Positions 27,384-37,555 of a DNA stretch of 64,000 nucleotides are shown here, in pieces. The stretch spans positions 5,455 to 69,454 of the forward strand of contig CALCEA010000113.1 in the NCBI GenBank assembly GCA_937900675.1, in the 5' to 3' direction. The stretch is from an uncultured Chitinophagaceae bacterium (GTDB taxonomy: Bacteria > Bacteroidota > Bacteroidia > Chitinophagales > Chitinophagaceae). Under the pieces are notes generated by a model, which did not search any database, had not been told where the DNA came from, and was given only the letters and a program-made list of their open reading frames with translations. A program made the position numbers and the translations under genes. Within the stretch, counting starts at the first letter, position 1. Every line of letters starts with the position of its first letter.

Positions 27384-28526
27384 TTAGTGATGAGCAGCAT
27401 CTGCATGTTCATGATGATGTTCTTCATTAGCCATACCAATATACATTGCAGTTAACATGGTGAAAATATAAGCTTGCAAGAATGCAACCAATAATTCAAT
27501 CACACCAATAAATACTGCGAATGGAACTGCGATAGCAGAAGCAAACACTGTCTTGAATATAAAAATGATACAAATCAAACTCAATACTAGAATGTGGCCT
27601 GCAGTAATGTTCGCAAATAAACGAATCATCAATGAAATAGGCTTTGTAAACACACCAATCAACTCAATCGGAGCTAAGAATAACTTCATACTCCAATGCA
27701 TACCTGGCATCCAGAAAATATGCTCCCAATAGTTTTTGTTAGCGCTTAAATTCACCACAATAAACACACATACTGCCAACATCATAGTAAAAGCGATATT
27801 ACCGCTCACATTAGCACCACCTGGGAAGAAAGGAATTAATCCTAAAAAATTATTGGTTAAAATCAAGAAGAATACGGTTAACAAAAATGGCATGAACTTA
27901 GCATACTTTTTCTTACCAATATTTGGAATAGCTAATTCATCTCTTACAAATAATACAATTGGCTCCATTAAAGATTGAATTCCTTTAGGAGCAGTTGTTA
28001 CACCTGTTTTCTTATAAGCATTTGCAGCAGATAAAATCACGATTAAAATAATCAAAACAGATACAAATAAACTAGCTACATTTTTTGTGATAGAGATATC
28101 TAACAATTGCTTGCTTGCTTCCTCATCTACTTCACCAGCAGCATTTACTACTTTAGTTTTTCCTTCTACTAATTTGTAATCGAAATTTCCATGATACACC
28201 ACTGGCTCATGATGCTCGTTCATAAATTTTTCAGAAGAAAATACTTCAAAACCTTTTGAAGTATGTAGGATAACAGGCAAATAGATGGAAGTATGTCCCC
28301 ATAAATGCCAGCTATGATCGTCTTTAATGTGTTCTAAAATAGTTTCTGTAACATTAAATTCACCTTCTTCTTTCGCTGCATGTGGAACAGCAGCTTCAGT
28401 AGCCGCTGCTACCTTATTGGTATCTGCAACCACTACATTTTCATTAGCCATTACAACTGTTGAAAATAAGATCGCCACAAGGCTCAAACTCACTACCAGT
28501 AAAGATTTAAAACGATTTAAGTACAT
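27384..28526 (-). CDS. atpB: F0 ATP synthase subunit a (long Bacteroidetes-type N-terminal extension)
   Basis: 380 aa. Conserved RLFANITAGH (essential Arg). Has an N-terminal signal-like segment and a His-rich tail EEHHHEHADAAHH. Confidence 0.93.
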   Translation of the reverse strand: MYLNRFKSLLVVSLSLVAILFSTVVMANENVVVADTNKVAAATEAAVPHAAKEEGEFNVTETILEHIKDDHSWHLWGHTSIYLPVILHTSKGFEVFSSEKFMNEHHEPVVYHGNFDYKLVEGKTKVVNAAGEVDEEASKQLLDISITKNVASLFVSVLIILIVILSAANAYKKTGVTTAPKGIQSLMEPIVLFVRDELAIPNIGKKKYAKFMPFLLTVFFLILTNNFLGLIPFFPGGANVSGNIAFTMMLAVCVFIVVNLSANKNYWEHIFWMPGMHWSMKLFLAPIELIGVFTKPISLMIRLFANITAGHILVLSLICIIFIFKTVFASAIAVPFAVFIGVIELLVAFLQAYIFTMLTAMYIGMANEEHHHEHADAAHH

Positions 28527-28546
28527 ACCTATCTCAAAATTTGCGG

Positions 28547-28554
28547 CAAAGATA
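28547..28554 (-). promoter_or_regulatory. candidate -7 box TATCTTTG for the atp operon
   Basis: Exact TAnnTTTG match on the minus strand, 20 nt upstream of the atpB ATG. Confidence 0.4.
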
Positions 28555-28656
28555 GGAATAAAGTTCTTGAAATAGCCTAATTCTTAACAGAAATTGAATC
28601 TGTCTAAAAAAACTTTCAATAACACATAAATTACTGCAAATCAATAACTTAGAAAA

Positions 28657-30465
28657 TTATTGAACACTTGCCTGAGCAGCTATTTGAAGTTCTATCAGAC
28701 TGGCATAATATCCGCCTTTTTCTACCAGGTCTTCATGGGTACCCATTTCCTTAATTTCACCCTTGTCCAAAACAATGATCGTATCCGCTTTTCTAATGGT
28801 AGAAAGTCTATGTGCAATCACCACCGAAGTCCTTCCTTTGATCAAAGTATCGATCGCTTTTTCTATCATTTGCTCACTTTCGGTATCTATAGAAGAAGTG
28901 GCTTCGTCTAAGATTAAGATCGCTGGATCATATAAAAGCGCTCTGATAAAACTTAATAATTGTCTTTGACCCAAACTTAAAGTAGCACCTCTTTCCATTA
29001 CCTGATAATCATAGCCTCCTGGCAATTGCATAATAAAATCATGCATACCAATCATTTTAGCTGCTTCTACCACTTTATCCATTCCGATGTTTGGATTTCT
29101 TAAGGTTATATTATCGACAATAGAACCTGAAAATAAAAACACATCCTGTAATACCACGCCGATTGAAGCTCTTAATCTATTCAATGAATAAGATTCAAGT
29201 GGTTGATTGTCTAATAATATTTGTCCGCCTTGATAAGGATACAATCTATTTAAAATACTAATGATGGATGTTTTACCACTACCCGTATGACCTACTAACG
29301 CAATGGTCTTTCCTGCATCCACTTTAAAACTCACATCTTTCAAAACCCATGTAGGTGGATCATAAGCAAATTGTACCTTGTTAAATTCTATTGCTCCTTG
29401 AATAGTTGCTGGTTCATATTGTCCGTTATCCAAAGTAATATCTTCGTTATCTAAAACCTTAAATACTCTCTCTGCAGCAACCATACCCATTTGCAAAACA
29501 TTGAATTTATCTGCAATCATTCTAAGGGGTCGGAAGATTTGGTTTAAAAATAAAATAAAGGCAACCAATAAACCTGCATCCAAAGAACTATCAGCCACCC
29601 ACCAAACGATTAAACCAATACTTAAAGCTAGAACCACTTCCACCACTGGAAAAAATACTGAGTAAGCAAAAATGGCTTTGATATTCGCAACCTTATGTTG
29701 TTGATTGATTTTTTCAAATTTTTTCATTTCTCTTTCTTCTGCAGCAAAAGCTTGAACCACTTGCATTCCAGAAATATGTTCTTGCACAAATGCATTCAAT
29801 GCAGCTACGGCATTTCTAACCTGTATAAAACTTTTGTTTACACTCTCTTTGAAAAAATAAGTAGCTATCAACATTATCGGAAATGGCACCAAACAAATCA
29901 ATGTCAATTTCCAATTAATAAAAAACATCGTAGTTAAAGTAACAATAATGGTCAATAGGTCTGCTAAAATGGGAATCAATCCATCTGAGAAAATATCATT
30001 GATACTTTCAATATCATTAATGGTTCTAGTAGTTAAAGTGCCAATGGGCGTTTTATCAAACTGGCGCATTTCCCATAGCATAATTTTCTCATACACTTGA
30101 TTTCTTAGATCCCTTATAACCTGTTGCCCCAACCAAGCCATTCCAAAAGTGAACAAAAATCTAAAGATGGTTTCTACAATAATAAAAGCCACCTGAAAAA
30201 TAGTCAACGCTAATATAAGTTGCAAAGCAGTAGAAAAAGCATTGCCTGGTAAAACCCAATGAAGCCAGCTAGGCAAGACCACTGCCTTTCCAATGGCTGT
30301 ATTCACGGTTACTTGAATAATGTATGGTCTGATAGGTGTAGCGAATGCCAAAAAAATTGCCAAAACCAAATTTCCCCAAAAAATGAAACGGTATGGCTTA
30401 ACAAATGAGAAGACCCTAGAAAGCAAGGCCAATTTAAATATTTTCTTAGCGGGTTGTTCTGACAT
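28657..30465 (-). CDS. ABC exporter, fused permease/ATPase (MsbA/MdlB-like type I exporter)
   Basis: 602 aa. Six-helix TMD, then an NBD with GHTGSGKTS, LSLGQRQLL and LILDEATSSID. Confidence 0.9.
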   Translation of the reverse strand: MSEQPAKKIFKLALLSRVFSFVKPYRFIFWGNLVLAIFLAFATPIRPYIIQVTVNTAIGKAVVLPSWLHWVLPGNAFSTALQLILALTIFQVAFIIVETIFRFLFTFGMAWLGQQVIRDLRNQVYEKIMLWEMRQFDKTPIGTLTTRTINDIESINDIFSDGLIPILADLLTIIVTLTTMFFINWKLTLICLVPFPIMLIATYFFKESVNKSFIQVRNAVAALNAFVQEHISGMQVVQAFAAEEREMKKFEKINQQHKVANIKAIFAYSVFFPVVEVVLALSIGLIVWWVADSSLDAGLLVAFILFLNQIFRPLRMIADKFNVLQMGMVAAERVFKVLDNEDITLDNGQYEPATIQGAIEFNKVQFAYDPPTWVLKDVSFKVDAGKTIALVGHTGSGKTSIISILNRLYPYQGGQILLDNQPLESYSLNRLRASIGVVLQDVFLFSGSIVDNITLRNPNIGMDKVVEAAKMIGMHDFIMQLPGGYDYQVMERGATLSLGQRQLLSFIRALLYDPAILILDEATSSIDTESEQMIEKAIDTLIKGRTSVVIAHRLSTIRKADTIIVLDKGEIKEMGTHEDLVEKGGYYASLIELQIAAQASVQ

Positions 30466-30509
30466 AAGTCCTCAAAGTTACACTCATTTTTACGTATTTT
30501 CGTAGACCA

Positions 30510-32771
30510 ATGGACAATATAGAAAACGATATCCATCCAGTCATCAAAAACTGGGATTTAGATGAAGAACAAGAGAAGAAAGAAATTGTTCGACATTATC
30601 GTGCCTTGTTGAAAATGCTGAAGTCCAAATTAAAAAAAGGCGACAAGGAATTATTAAGAGCAGCTTTTGAAATGGCTGCAGACGCGCATAAAACCATGCG
30701 TAGAAAAAGTGGTGAACCATATATACTTCATCCTATTGCAGTAGCCATGATTTGCGTGGATGAAATTGGCCTGGGGGTAAGAAGTACTATTTGCGCTTTG
30801 TTACATGACACTGTGGAAGATACAGATGTCAGTTTAGATGATATCAAAAGTGAATTCGGTAATGAGATTGCCAAAATTGTTGATGGCTTAACCAAGATCT
30901 CTACTGTAATGACCACTAACAGTAGTCAACAAGCAGAAAATTTCAAGAAGATTTTATTGACGCTAACAGATGACCCAAGAGTGATTCTGATTAAGCTTGC
31001 TGATAGATTGCATAATATGCGTACCATGGATTCTATGAAGCAAGAAAAACAATTAAAAATTGCTTCAGAAACTATTTGGGTATACGCTCCCCTAGCACAT
31101 AGAATGGGCTTGTATAATATTAAGACAGAATTAGAAGATCTGTCGATGAAATATTTAGAGCCAGATAAGTATAGAGAGATTGCTAAAAAATTAGCAGAAA
31201 CCAAAAGAGAAAGAACAAAATACATCAATGAATTTATCAGACCATTAAAAGATAAATTAAGCAATACCCAATACCCCACTGAGATTTATGGTCGTCCAAA
31301 AAGTATTCACTCTATTTGGAATAAAATAAAAAAGAAGGGAGTAAGTTTTGAAGAAGTGTATGACTTGTTTGCCATCAGGGTTATTTTGGATGTACCATTA
31401 GAAATAGAGAAAGAAGCATGTTGGAAAGTATACTCACTTATTACAGACGAATACCTCCCTTCTCCAGAAAGATTAAGAGATTGGTTGAGTAATCCAAAAA
31501 GTAATGGATACGAAGCTTTGCACACCACCGTAATGGGTCCGCAAGGTAAATGGGTGGAAGTACAAATTAGAACCAAGCGCATGAATGAGATTGCCGAAAA
31601 AGGTTTGGCTGCTCATTTTAAATACAAAGAAGGCACTCCATCCGAAGATCGATTTGATAAATGGTTTATTCAAATACGAGAAGCATTAGGCAATCAACAA
31701 GAAGATGGTATAGATTTTTTACAAGATTTTAAAACCTCTTTTTTAGCAGAAGAGATTTATGTATACACCCCTAAGGGGGAGGTAAAAATGCTACCAACCA
31801 ACAGCTCTGCTTTGGACTTCGCATTTTACATTCACACTGCAATTGGATCTAAATGTATAGGCGCTAAAGTCAATCACAAATTGGTCCCTATTGGACATAC
31901 TTTGAGAAGTGGTGATCAAATTGAAATCATTACCAGTAATAAGCAAAAGCCTAGTGAGGATTGGCTAAACTTAGTGGTAACTGCAAAAGCAAAAAATAGT
32001 ATTAAGGATGCTTTAAGAGAAGAGAAAAAATCTATTGCAGAAGAAGGAAAATATACATTACAAAGAAAATTAGAAGGATTAGGAGCAGCTTATAATCCAT
32101 ACAATATTGATCAATTAGTCGCTTTTTATAAATTACCAAGTCAATTAGACTTGCATTATAATATAGCCATCAAAAAGAATGACTTGAAAGACCTTAAACT
32201 ATTTCAAGTGATTGGTGACAAAATTGAAGCACCTAAGCCTATTCAAACAAATACGGAAACAGAGGCAGTTGTATACGACCCTAACCAAAAAACATACAAT
32301 AAGAAAGATTCTGAATTAATCATTTTTGGAGAATCCAGCGATAAGATTCAATACAGCTTAGGTAAATGTTGCAACCCTATTCCAGGCGATGATGTATTTG
32401 GTTTTGTAAGCACAGGCAAGGGATTAATTATTCATAGAACGAATTGCCCTAACGCAACTCAATTATTGGCCAACTATGGCCATAGGGTAGTAAAAACCAA
32501 ATGGGCTAAAAATAAAGAGATTTCTTTCCTAACAGGCCTTCGTATAATTGGCTTGGATGATGTAGGCGTAGTGAATAAAATTACTAACATTATCAGCGGT
32601 GAATTAAAGATCAATATTGCCGCTTTAACCATAGAATCTACTGAAGGTCTGTTCCAAGGCACCATTAAAGTGTATGTACACGACAAGGACGAATTGGAGT
32701 TACTTGTGGATAAAATAAAATCTTTAAATGGAATTCAGCGAGTAGACAGATTTGACACCGAGAGCGTGTAA
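30510..32771 (+). CDS. bifunctional (p)ppGpp synthetase/hydrolase, RelA/SpoT (Rsh) family
   Basis: 753 aa. HD hydrolase domain (HDTVEDT), synthetase domain (YEALHTTV, EVQIRT), then TGS and C-terminal ACT-like domains. Confidence 0.93.
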   Translation: MDNIENDIHPVIKNWDLDEEQEKKEIVRHYRALLKMLKSKLKKGDKELLRAAFEMAADAHKTMRRKSGEPYILHPIAVAMICVDEIGLGVRSTICALLHDTVEDTDVSLDDIKSEFGNEIAKIVDGLTKISTVMTTNSSQQAENFKKILLTLTDDPRVILIKLADRLHNMRTMDSMKQEKQLKIASETIWVYAPLAHRMGLYNIKTELEDLSMKYLEPDKYREIAKKLAETKRERTKYINEFIRPLKDKLSNTQYPTEIYGRPKSIHSIWNKIKKKGVSFEEVYDLFAIRVILDVPLEIEKEACWKVYSLITDEYLPSPERLRDWLSNPKSNGYEALHTTVMGPQGKWVEVQIRTKRMNEIAEKGLAAHFKYKEGTPSEDRFDKWFIQIREALGNQQEDGIDFLQDFKTSFLAEEIYVYTPKGEVKMLPTNSSALDFAFYIHTAIGSKCIGAKVNHKLVPIGHTLRSGDQIEIITSNKQKPSEDWLNLVVTAKAKNSIKDALREEKKSIAEEGKYTLQRKLEGLGAAYNPYNIDQLVAFYKLPSQLDLHYNIAIKKNDLKDLKLFQVIGDKIEAPKPIQTNTETEAVVYDPNQKTYNKKDSELIIFGESSDKIQYSLGKCCNPIPGDDVFGFVSTGKGLIIHRTNCPNATQLLANYGHRVVKTKWAKNKEISFLTGLRIIGLDDVGVVNKITNIISGELKINIAALTIESTEGLFQGTIKVYVHDKDELELLVDKIKSLNGIQRVDRFDTESV

Positions 32772-32779
32772 AAAAAACA

Positions 32780-32787
32780 TATTTTTG
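32780..32787 (+). promoter_or_regulatory. candidate -7 box TATTTTTG for purA
   Basis: Exact TAnnTTTG match just after the relA/spoT stop and 18 nt upstream of the ATG at 32806. Supports the shorter purA start. Confidence 0.4.
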
Positions 32788-32805
32788 TTGCTCAAATACA
32801 AAATC

Positions 32806-34068
32806 ATGGTAGATGTAATTTTAGGCCTTCAATGGGGCGACGAGGGAAAGGGTAAAATAGTAGATTATTTTGCTCCCAATTATGATGTGATTGCTAGGTT
32901 CCAAGGTGGGCCTAATGCAGGTCATACCTTATATGTGAATGGCACTAAAATGGTTTTACACCAAATACCTTCAGGTATTTTTCATCAAGACAAAATTAAT
33001 ATTATTGGAAACGGTGTCGTATTGGATCCAGTAACATTGAAAAAAGAATGTGATGCGGTGGCTACGATGGGTGTGGATGTAAAAATGAATTTATTTATAT
33101 CAGAGCGTACCAATATCATTATCCCTTCACACAGAGCATTAGATAAGGCATCTGAATTGTCAAAGGGCGAAGCAAAAATTGGTTCTACATTAAAAGGCAT
33201 TGGCCCTGCTTATATGGATAAGACGGGCAGAAACGCTTTGAGAGTGGGCGATTTATTGGATAAGAAATTCATTAGCAAATACATTGCTTTAAGAATGAAG
33301 CATCAAAAAATTTTAGATAGCTACAATTTCAATGAAGATATTTCTGAAATGGAATCTGAGTTTTTTGAAGCTATTGAATTCTTAAAGACTTTAAATATCA
33401 TTAACTGCGAATATTTTATCAATGAGCAAATCTCAAAAGGTAAAAAAGTATTAGCAGAAGGCGCTCAGGGTTCTATGTTAGATATTGATTTTGGAACCTT
33501 CCCATTTGTAACTTCATCCAATACTATTTCTGCAGGCGTTTGTACAGGATTAGGTATTTCTCCAAAACAAATCGGAGAAGTATTTGGTATTACTAAAGCT
33601 TATTGTACAAGAGTGGGCAGCGGACCTTTCCCTACCGAACTATTTGACGAGAAAGGGGAAGAGTTAAGAAAAATAGGATCTGAGTTTGGCGCTACCACAG
33701 GCAGACCTCGTCGTTGTGGTTGGATTGATTTAGTGGCATTAAAATACACCTGTATGATCAATGGTGTGACACAAATTATCATGACCAAGGCAGATATCTT
33801 GGATTCATTCCAAGAATTGGAATTAGGCGTTGCTTATGAAATGGAAGGAAAACAAATAGATTTTGTTCCATTCCAATTGGTGGGAACACCGGTAAAACCT
33901 ATTTGGAAAAAAATGACTGGATGGAACACCGACTCTAGCAAAATGAAGCATGCGAACGAAGTTCCTGCTACTATGAAAACATATATTGAATTTATTAATA
34001 GCTACTTGGGAGTTGATGTAAAATATGTTTCTAATGGACCAGGTAGAGACCAAATTATACACTTATAA
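32806..34068 (+). CDS. purA: adenylosuccinate synthase
   Basis: The ORF opens at 32752, but the conserved N-terminus MVDVILGLQWGDEGKGK starts at 32806. Also contains GPNAGHT and TTGRPRRCGW. Confidence 0.95.
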   Translation: MVDVILGLQWGDEGKGKIVDYFAPNYDVIARFQGGPNAGHTLYVNGTKMVLHQIPSGIFHQDKINIIGNGVVLDPVTLKKECDAVATMGVDVKMNLFISERTNIIIPSHRALDKASELSKGEAKIGSTLKGIGPAYMDKTGRNALRVGDLLDKKFISKYIALRMKHQKILDSYNFNEDISEMESEFFEAIEFLKTLNIINCEYFINEQISKGKKVLAEGAQGSMLDIDFGTFPFVTSSNTISAGVCTGLGISPKQIGEVFGITKAYCTRVGSGPFPTELFDEKGEELRKIGSEFGATTGRPRRCGWIDLVALKYTCMINGVTQIIMTKADILDSFQELELGVAYEMEGKQIDFVPFQLVGTPVKPIWKKMTGWNTDSSKMKHANEVPATMKTYIEFINSYLGVDVKYVSNGPGRDQIIHL

Positions 34069-34146
34069 TTTGATAAAAAAAAGAGTCCTTTTTTTTGGTA
34101 AATAAAGAAATGATTTGAAATTTTACGGTGTAATTTTGTAATACCT

Positions 34147-34491
34147 ATGGCAGTGAAAACAGAAAAAGCAAAAAAGTCCGCAACCAAAAAATCAACATTT
34201 GATGCAGCGGAAAAAGTGAGTAAATCAGCTTCTAAGAAAAAAGTAGTGGATGATGATGACGACTTGGATGAAGAAGAGGAAGTAGATGATGATTGGGGAA
34301 AAGCAGACGAAGACGATGATAGCTGGGATCCAGATTTTGACGAATTTGATATTCCAAAAAGTAAGACTCCAAAGAAAGCCGGTAAAGGCAAGAAAGGCAA
34401 GGACGAAGATGATGATCTTGGATTAGATGATGATCTTAATTTAGATGATGACTTGAGTCTTGACGATGATGATTTCGACGACGACTTCTAG
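34147..34491 (+). CDS. small highly charged low-complexity protein (Lys-rich N-terminus, poly-Asp/Glu C-terminus)
   Basis: 114 aa. A TAATTTTG box lies at 34131..34138, 8 nt upstream of the ATG. Codon choice (GAT/GAA/AAA) fits the genome. The opposite-strand Ser-rich ORF overlaps purA and looks like a shadow. Confidence 0.55.
   Translation: MAVKTEKAKKSATKKSTFDAAEKVSKSASKKKVVDDDDDLDEEEEVDDDWGKADEDDDSWDPDFDEFDIPKSKTPKKAGKGKKGKDEDDDLGLDDDLNLDDDLSLDDDDFDDDF
34417..34470 (+). repeat. three tandem 18-nt units encoding L-x-L-D-D-D
   Basis: Units are cttggattagatgatgat / cttaatttagatgatgac / ttgagtcttgacgatgat, giving LGLDDD LNLDDD LSLDDD inside the acidic ORF. Confidence 0.8.
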
Positions 34492-35453
34492 TTCTCAATA
34501 GAATACAAAGCATTTAAAGAGGCCTGTAAAATATCATTTTTACGGGCCTCAAATTTTTCTGACATACCCTTAGGCAATTTGAGTTCATAAGGCTTGCCTG
34601 TAGCTAACCACTTTTCTATCCCTAGATTATGCTCCTGTAAAAATTTCAAATCTATAGAAAGTATTTTAGCGATCACCGCTAATTGATATCTACCACTTAT
34701 CATCAGGGTATCCAAAGCTTCATTTGTAGCTAATGCATTTGTTTTCTTTGGTTTTATCAAAGATGGCTTTAGATCAAAGTTTTCAAATTGTTCTGTTTCA
34801 AAAACATATTGTGTTGCAATAAATTTTTTAACATGATTACGCGTTTCTAAAGGCAACTCATATTGTATTGCCCAGAAATCTTTGGTTCCCTTTTTTTTGA
34901 TAGCCTGCCTTACCCTACCTGCACCACCATTATAAGCGGCCACTACCAATAACCAATCTCCAAACTCAGCAAAAGATTCTCTTAAAATAGTAGCTGCTGC
35001 TTGAGTACTTTTTTCATAATCCATTCTCTCGTCTACTGGAGATAATTTTAAGCCCAATCGCTTGGCTTCCTCTGGCATAATTTGCCAAGGACCAGCAGCT
35101 CCTGCCCAAGAAACTACTCCTGCATTTAAATTACTTTCAATAACACTTAAATACTTTAATGTGGTTGGGACACCATTCGCAATTAATATATGATCATATA
35201 AATTAAAATACGGTTTAGCCCAGGTTTTCATTTTTTGCAAACTTGGAGCTTGCTTCTCCATATAAGATTGAATAAAACTAACCGCCTTTGGATTTAATTG
35301 ATACTGCATTTGATTGGATTGAGTATCAGCTTTCACTACTGTAAATAAACTAGTAAAGCCCACTCTATCCGTTGCAGCTTCTTGCGCATTACCATTTTGG
35401 ATAATGAGCATAAGCATTAAACCACTAAAAAAACAAACTCTTATTGAATTCAT
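34488..35453 (-). CDS. lytic transglycosylase (SLT domain, MltD-like)
   Basis: 321 aa. Signal peptide, catalytic region LSVIESNLN...AAGPWQIMPEEA...VAAYNGGAGRV, and a C-terminal LysM-like segment. Confidence 0.85.
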   Translation of the reverse strand: MNSIRVCFFSGLMLMLIIQNGNAQEAATDRVGFTSLFTVVKADTQSNQMQYQLNPKAVSFIQSYMEKQAPSLQKMKTWAKPYFNLYDHILIANGVPTTLKYLSVIESNLNAGVVSWAGAAGPWQIMPEEAKRLGLKLSPVDERMDYEKSTQAAATILRESFAEFGDWLLVVAAYNGGAGRVRQAIKKKGTKDFWAIQYELPLETRNHVKKFIATQYVFETEQFENFDLKPSLIKPKKTNALATNEALDTLMISGRYQLAVIAKILSIDLKFLQEHNLGIEKWLATGKPYELKLPKGMSEKFEARKNDILQASLNALYSIEN

Positions 35454-36883
35454 GATGCACTCATCATTTTCTTTGAAAATTGCAATAATGCAGTTTCATT
35501 AAAAGATTGACTCATTACCTGCAAACCAAATGGCATTCCGTTACTATGTTTAAATAAAGGAATTGAAATGGCAGGAATACCTACCAAATTCGCATACACT
35601 GTATAGATATCTGCCAAGAACATTTCAGTTGCAGAATGTTGATGTTTACCTATTTCAAATGCAGTAGATGGAACTGTAGGAGAAACTAAAATATCATATT
35701 GACTAAATAAACTATTGGTAAGATCCACTAGTTTTTGTCTTACTTGTTGTGCCTTAGTAAAATAAGCATCAAAATAACCCGCACTCAAAACAAAACTGCC
35801 TAATAAAATTCTTCTTTGCACTTCTTCTCCAAATCCTTCTGTTCTGCTCAACTTATATAGTTCTGTTAAATCATCTAATGGCTTAGAAGTTCTATGTCCA
35901 AAACGAATTCCATCAAATCTGGATAAATTACTACTTGCTTCAGCAGTCGTTAATACATAATATGTAGGAACTAAATAAGAAAGCAAAGAAAAATCAACTG
36001 CTTCCACCAAATATCCTTTTTCCCTTAAGCCGTTTAAATAAGCTTCTGTTTGTTGTTTAATCTCTGGATCCAATCCTGGATGGGTGAGCGTCTCTTTGAA
36101 ATAAGCTACTTTTTTAGGTACCGTTTCTGCCTGAATTGTTTTTGAAAAACTAGGTACCGGTTTATCCGAAACAGTACTATCAAAATTATCAGCACCCGCA
36201 ATAGCTTCTAGTACTAAAGCAGCATCATCAATATTATTGGTAAAAATACCTATCTGATCAAAAGAAGAAGCATAAGCAATTAATCCATATCTAGAAATCA
36301 TGCCATAGCTTGGCTTTAAACCCACAACGCCACAAAAATCTGCCGGCTGTCTAACAGATCCACCCGTATCAGAACCCAAACTCACCATGCATAAACCAGC
36401 TTGCACTGCAACGGCCGATCCACCAGAAGAACCTCCAGGAACCAACGAAGTATTCATTGCATTTTTTACAGGACCGTATGCTGAATTTTCATTGCTACTT
36501 CCCATGGCAAATTCATCACAGTTTTGACGACCAATAATAATCGCACCTTCTGCTAATAATTTTTCGATAGCAGTTGCTGAATATACTGCAGTATAATTTT
36601 CTAAGATTTTAGAAGCGGCACTTACTTTATGATCTTTATAGCAAAGCACATCTTTGATGCCAACCACCACACCATGAAGTTTACCAATCAACTGTTTTTT
36701 TTCAGAAACTTGATCTAATTCTTTGGCGCGCGCTAAAGCATCCTCCGCAAATACTTCTAAGAATGCATTAAGGTTTTGATGCTTGCTAATTTGATCTAGA
36801 TAATGTTGAACTGCTTGAGCACAGGTTTGTTCACCAGCTAAAAGTGAAGCCTGGTATTGATCGATGTTATTGAAAAGAAACAA
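35450..36883 (-). CDS. gatA: Asp-tRNA(Asn)/Glu-tRNA(Gln) amidotransferase subunit A
   Basis: 477 aa. Amidase signature GGSSGGSAVAV, collinear with GatA. Confidence 0.93.
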   Translation of the reverse strand: MFLFNNIDQYQASLLAGEQTCAQAVQHYLDQISKHQNLNAFLEVFAEDALARAKELDQVSEKKQLIGKLHGVVVGIKDVLCYKDHKVSAASKILENYTAVYSATAIEKLLAEGAIIIGRQNCDEFAMGSSNENSAYGPVKNAMNTSLVPGGSSGGSAVAVQAGLCMVSLGSDTGGSVRQPADFCGVVGLKPSYGMISRYGLIAYASSFDQIGIFTNNIDDAALVLEAIAGADNFDSTVSDKPVPSFSKTIQAETVPKKVAYFKETLTHPGLDPEIKQQTEAYLNGLREKGYLVEAVDFSLLSYLVPTYYVLTTAEASSNLSRFDGIRFGHRTSKPLDDLTELYKLSRTEGFGEEVQRRILLGSFVLSAGYFDAYFTKAQQVRQKLVDLTNSLFSQYDILVSPTVPSTAFEIGKHQHSATEMFLADIYTVYANLVGIPAISIPLFKHSNGMPFGLQVMSQSFNETALLQFSKKMMSAS

Positions 36884-36894
36884 AGCCTAAATGT

Positions 36895-37083
36895 TTAAGC
36901 AGACTTCTCGTCTTTTTCTTTAATGCCGTCTTCGATTTCTTTTTTCACGTTATTTTTAGCATCGTTGAATTCACGAATACCCTTTCCTAATCCTTTCATA
37001 AATTCAGGTATTTTTCTTCCACCGAACATTACTAAAATAACAACACCAATAATTAATAATTCTTGAAATCCTAAGTTGCCCAT
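36895..37083 (-). CDS. tatA: twin-arginine translocase subunit TatA/E
   Basis: 62 aa. N-terminal TM helix, then an amphipathic helix: GFQELLIIGVVILVMFGGRKIPEFMKGLGKGIREF. Confidence 0.9.
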   Translation of the reverse strand: MGNLGFQELLIIGVVILVMFGGRKIPEFMKGLGKGIREFNDAKNNVKKEIEDGIKEKDEKSA

Positions 37084-37132
37084 GATATTAAATTTAGAAT
37101 ATTAAAGGTACGGTAAATCGGTAATTAAAAGA

Positions 37133-37159
37133 CAAAAAAAAGCAGCCCATAGGACTGCT
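37133..37159 (-). terminator. rho-independent terminator downstream of rplS
   Basis: Minus-strand RNA reads AGCAGTCC-TAT-GGGCTGCT (8 bp, one G-U) followed by T8. It lies 24 nt after the rplS stop. Confidence 0.75.
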
Positions 37160-37182
37160 TTATATGATAAGTAGCTAGACTA

Positions 37183-37533
37183 CTAGAATCTTTTTTCCTT
37201 AATACGAGCACTCTTACCACTTCTATCTCTTAAGTAGTACAATTTAGCACGGCGTACTTTACCAGACTTGTTCAACACAATTGAATCAATATTTGGAGAC
37301 AAGAATGGGAACAAACGCTCCACACCCACACCGTCAGAGATTTTACGAACAGTGAAAGAAGCTGTAGCGCCATTTCCTTGAGACTTGATTACATCTCCAC
37401 GGAATGACTGGATACGCTCTTTACCACCCTCTACAATCTTGTAGTTTACGGTAATATTATCACCAGCTTTAAATGCTGGATACTCTTTTTTTGCTGTTAA
37501 TTGCTCGTGTACAAACTTTACTGCTGCGCTCAT
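37183..37533 (-). CDS. rplS: 50S ribosomal protein L19
   Basis: 116 aa. [39 protein letters not shown] is typical of L19. Confidence 0.97.
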   Translation of the reverse strand: MSAAVKFVHEQLTAKKEYPAFKAGDNITVNYKIVEGGKERIQSFRGDVIKSQGNGATASFTVRKISDGVGVERLFPFLSPNIDSIVLNKSGKVRRAKLYYLRDRSGKSARIKEKRF

Positions 37534-37555
37534 AATTCATGTTTTTTGCGGACGG

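Noticed and set aside
27384-27431. His-rich C-terminal tail of ATP synthase subunit a (EEHHHEHADAAHH), as a possible metal-binding novelty
   Set aside because: It is short, and I believe similar Glu/His-rich ends occur in other Bacteroidetes subunit a proteins. I could not support anything beyond a compositional quirk.
32752-32805. 18-codon N-terminal extension of the purA ORF, overlapping the relA/spoT end
   Set aside because: PurA proteins start right at M-x-x-V-I-L-G-x-QWGDEGKGK. A consensus -7 box (32780..32787) lies inside the putative extension, which favours the ATG at 32806.
34075-34096. A8-GAGTCC-T8 symmetric element after purA, as a bidirectional terminator
   Set aside because: The stem would be almost entirely A-U (eight A-U pairs plus one G-C) and thermodynamically weak. 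It may contribute to termination, but I could not support it as a terminator feature.
34002-34400. 132-aa Ser-rich ORF on the minus strand opposite the acidic protein gene
   Set aside because: The poly-Ser arises from reading GAT/GAA repeats on the other strand. The ORF runs into the 3-prime end of purA (34002..34068) and has no promoter-like box, whereas the plus-strand ORF has TAATTTTG just upstream. I kept the plus-strand call, with only moderate confidence.
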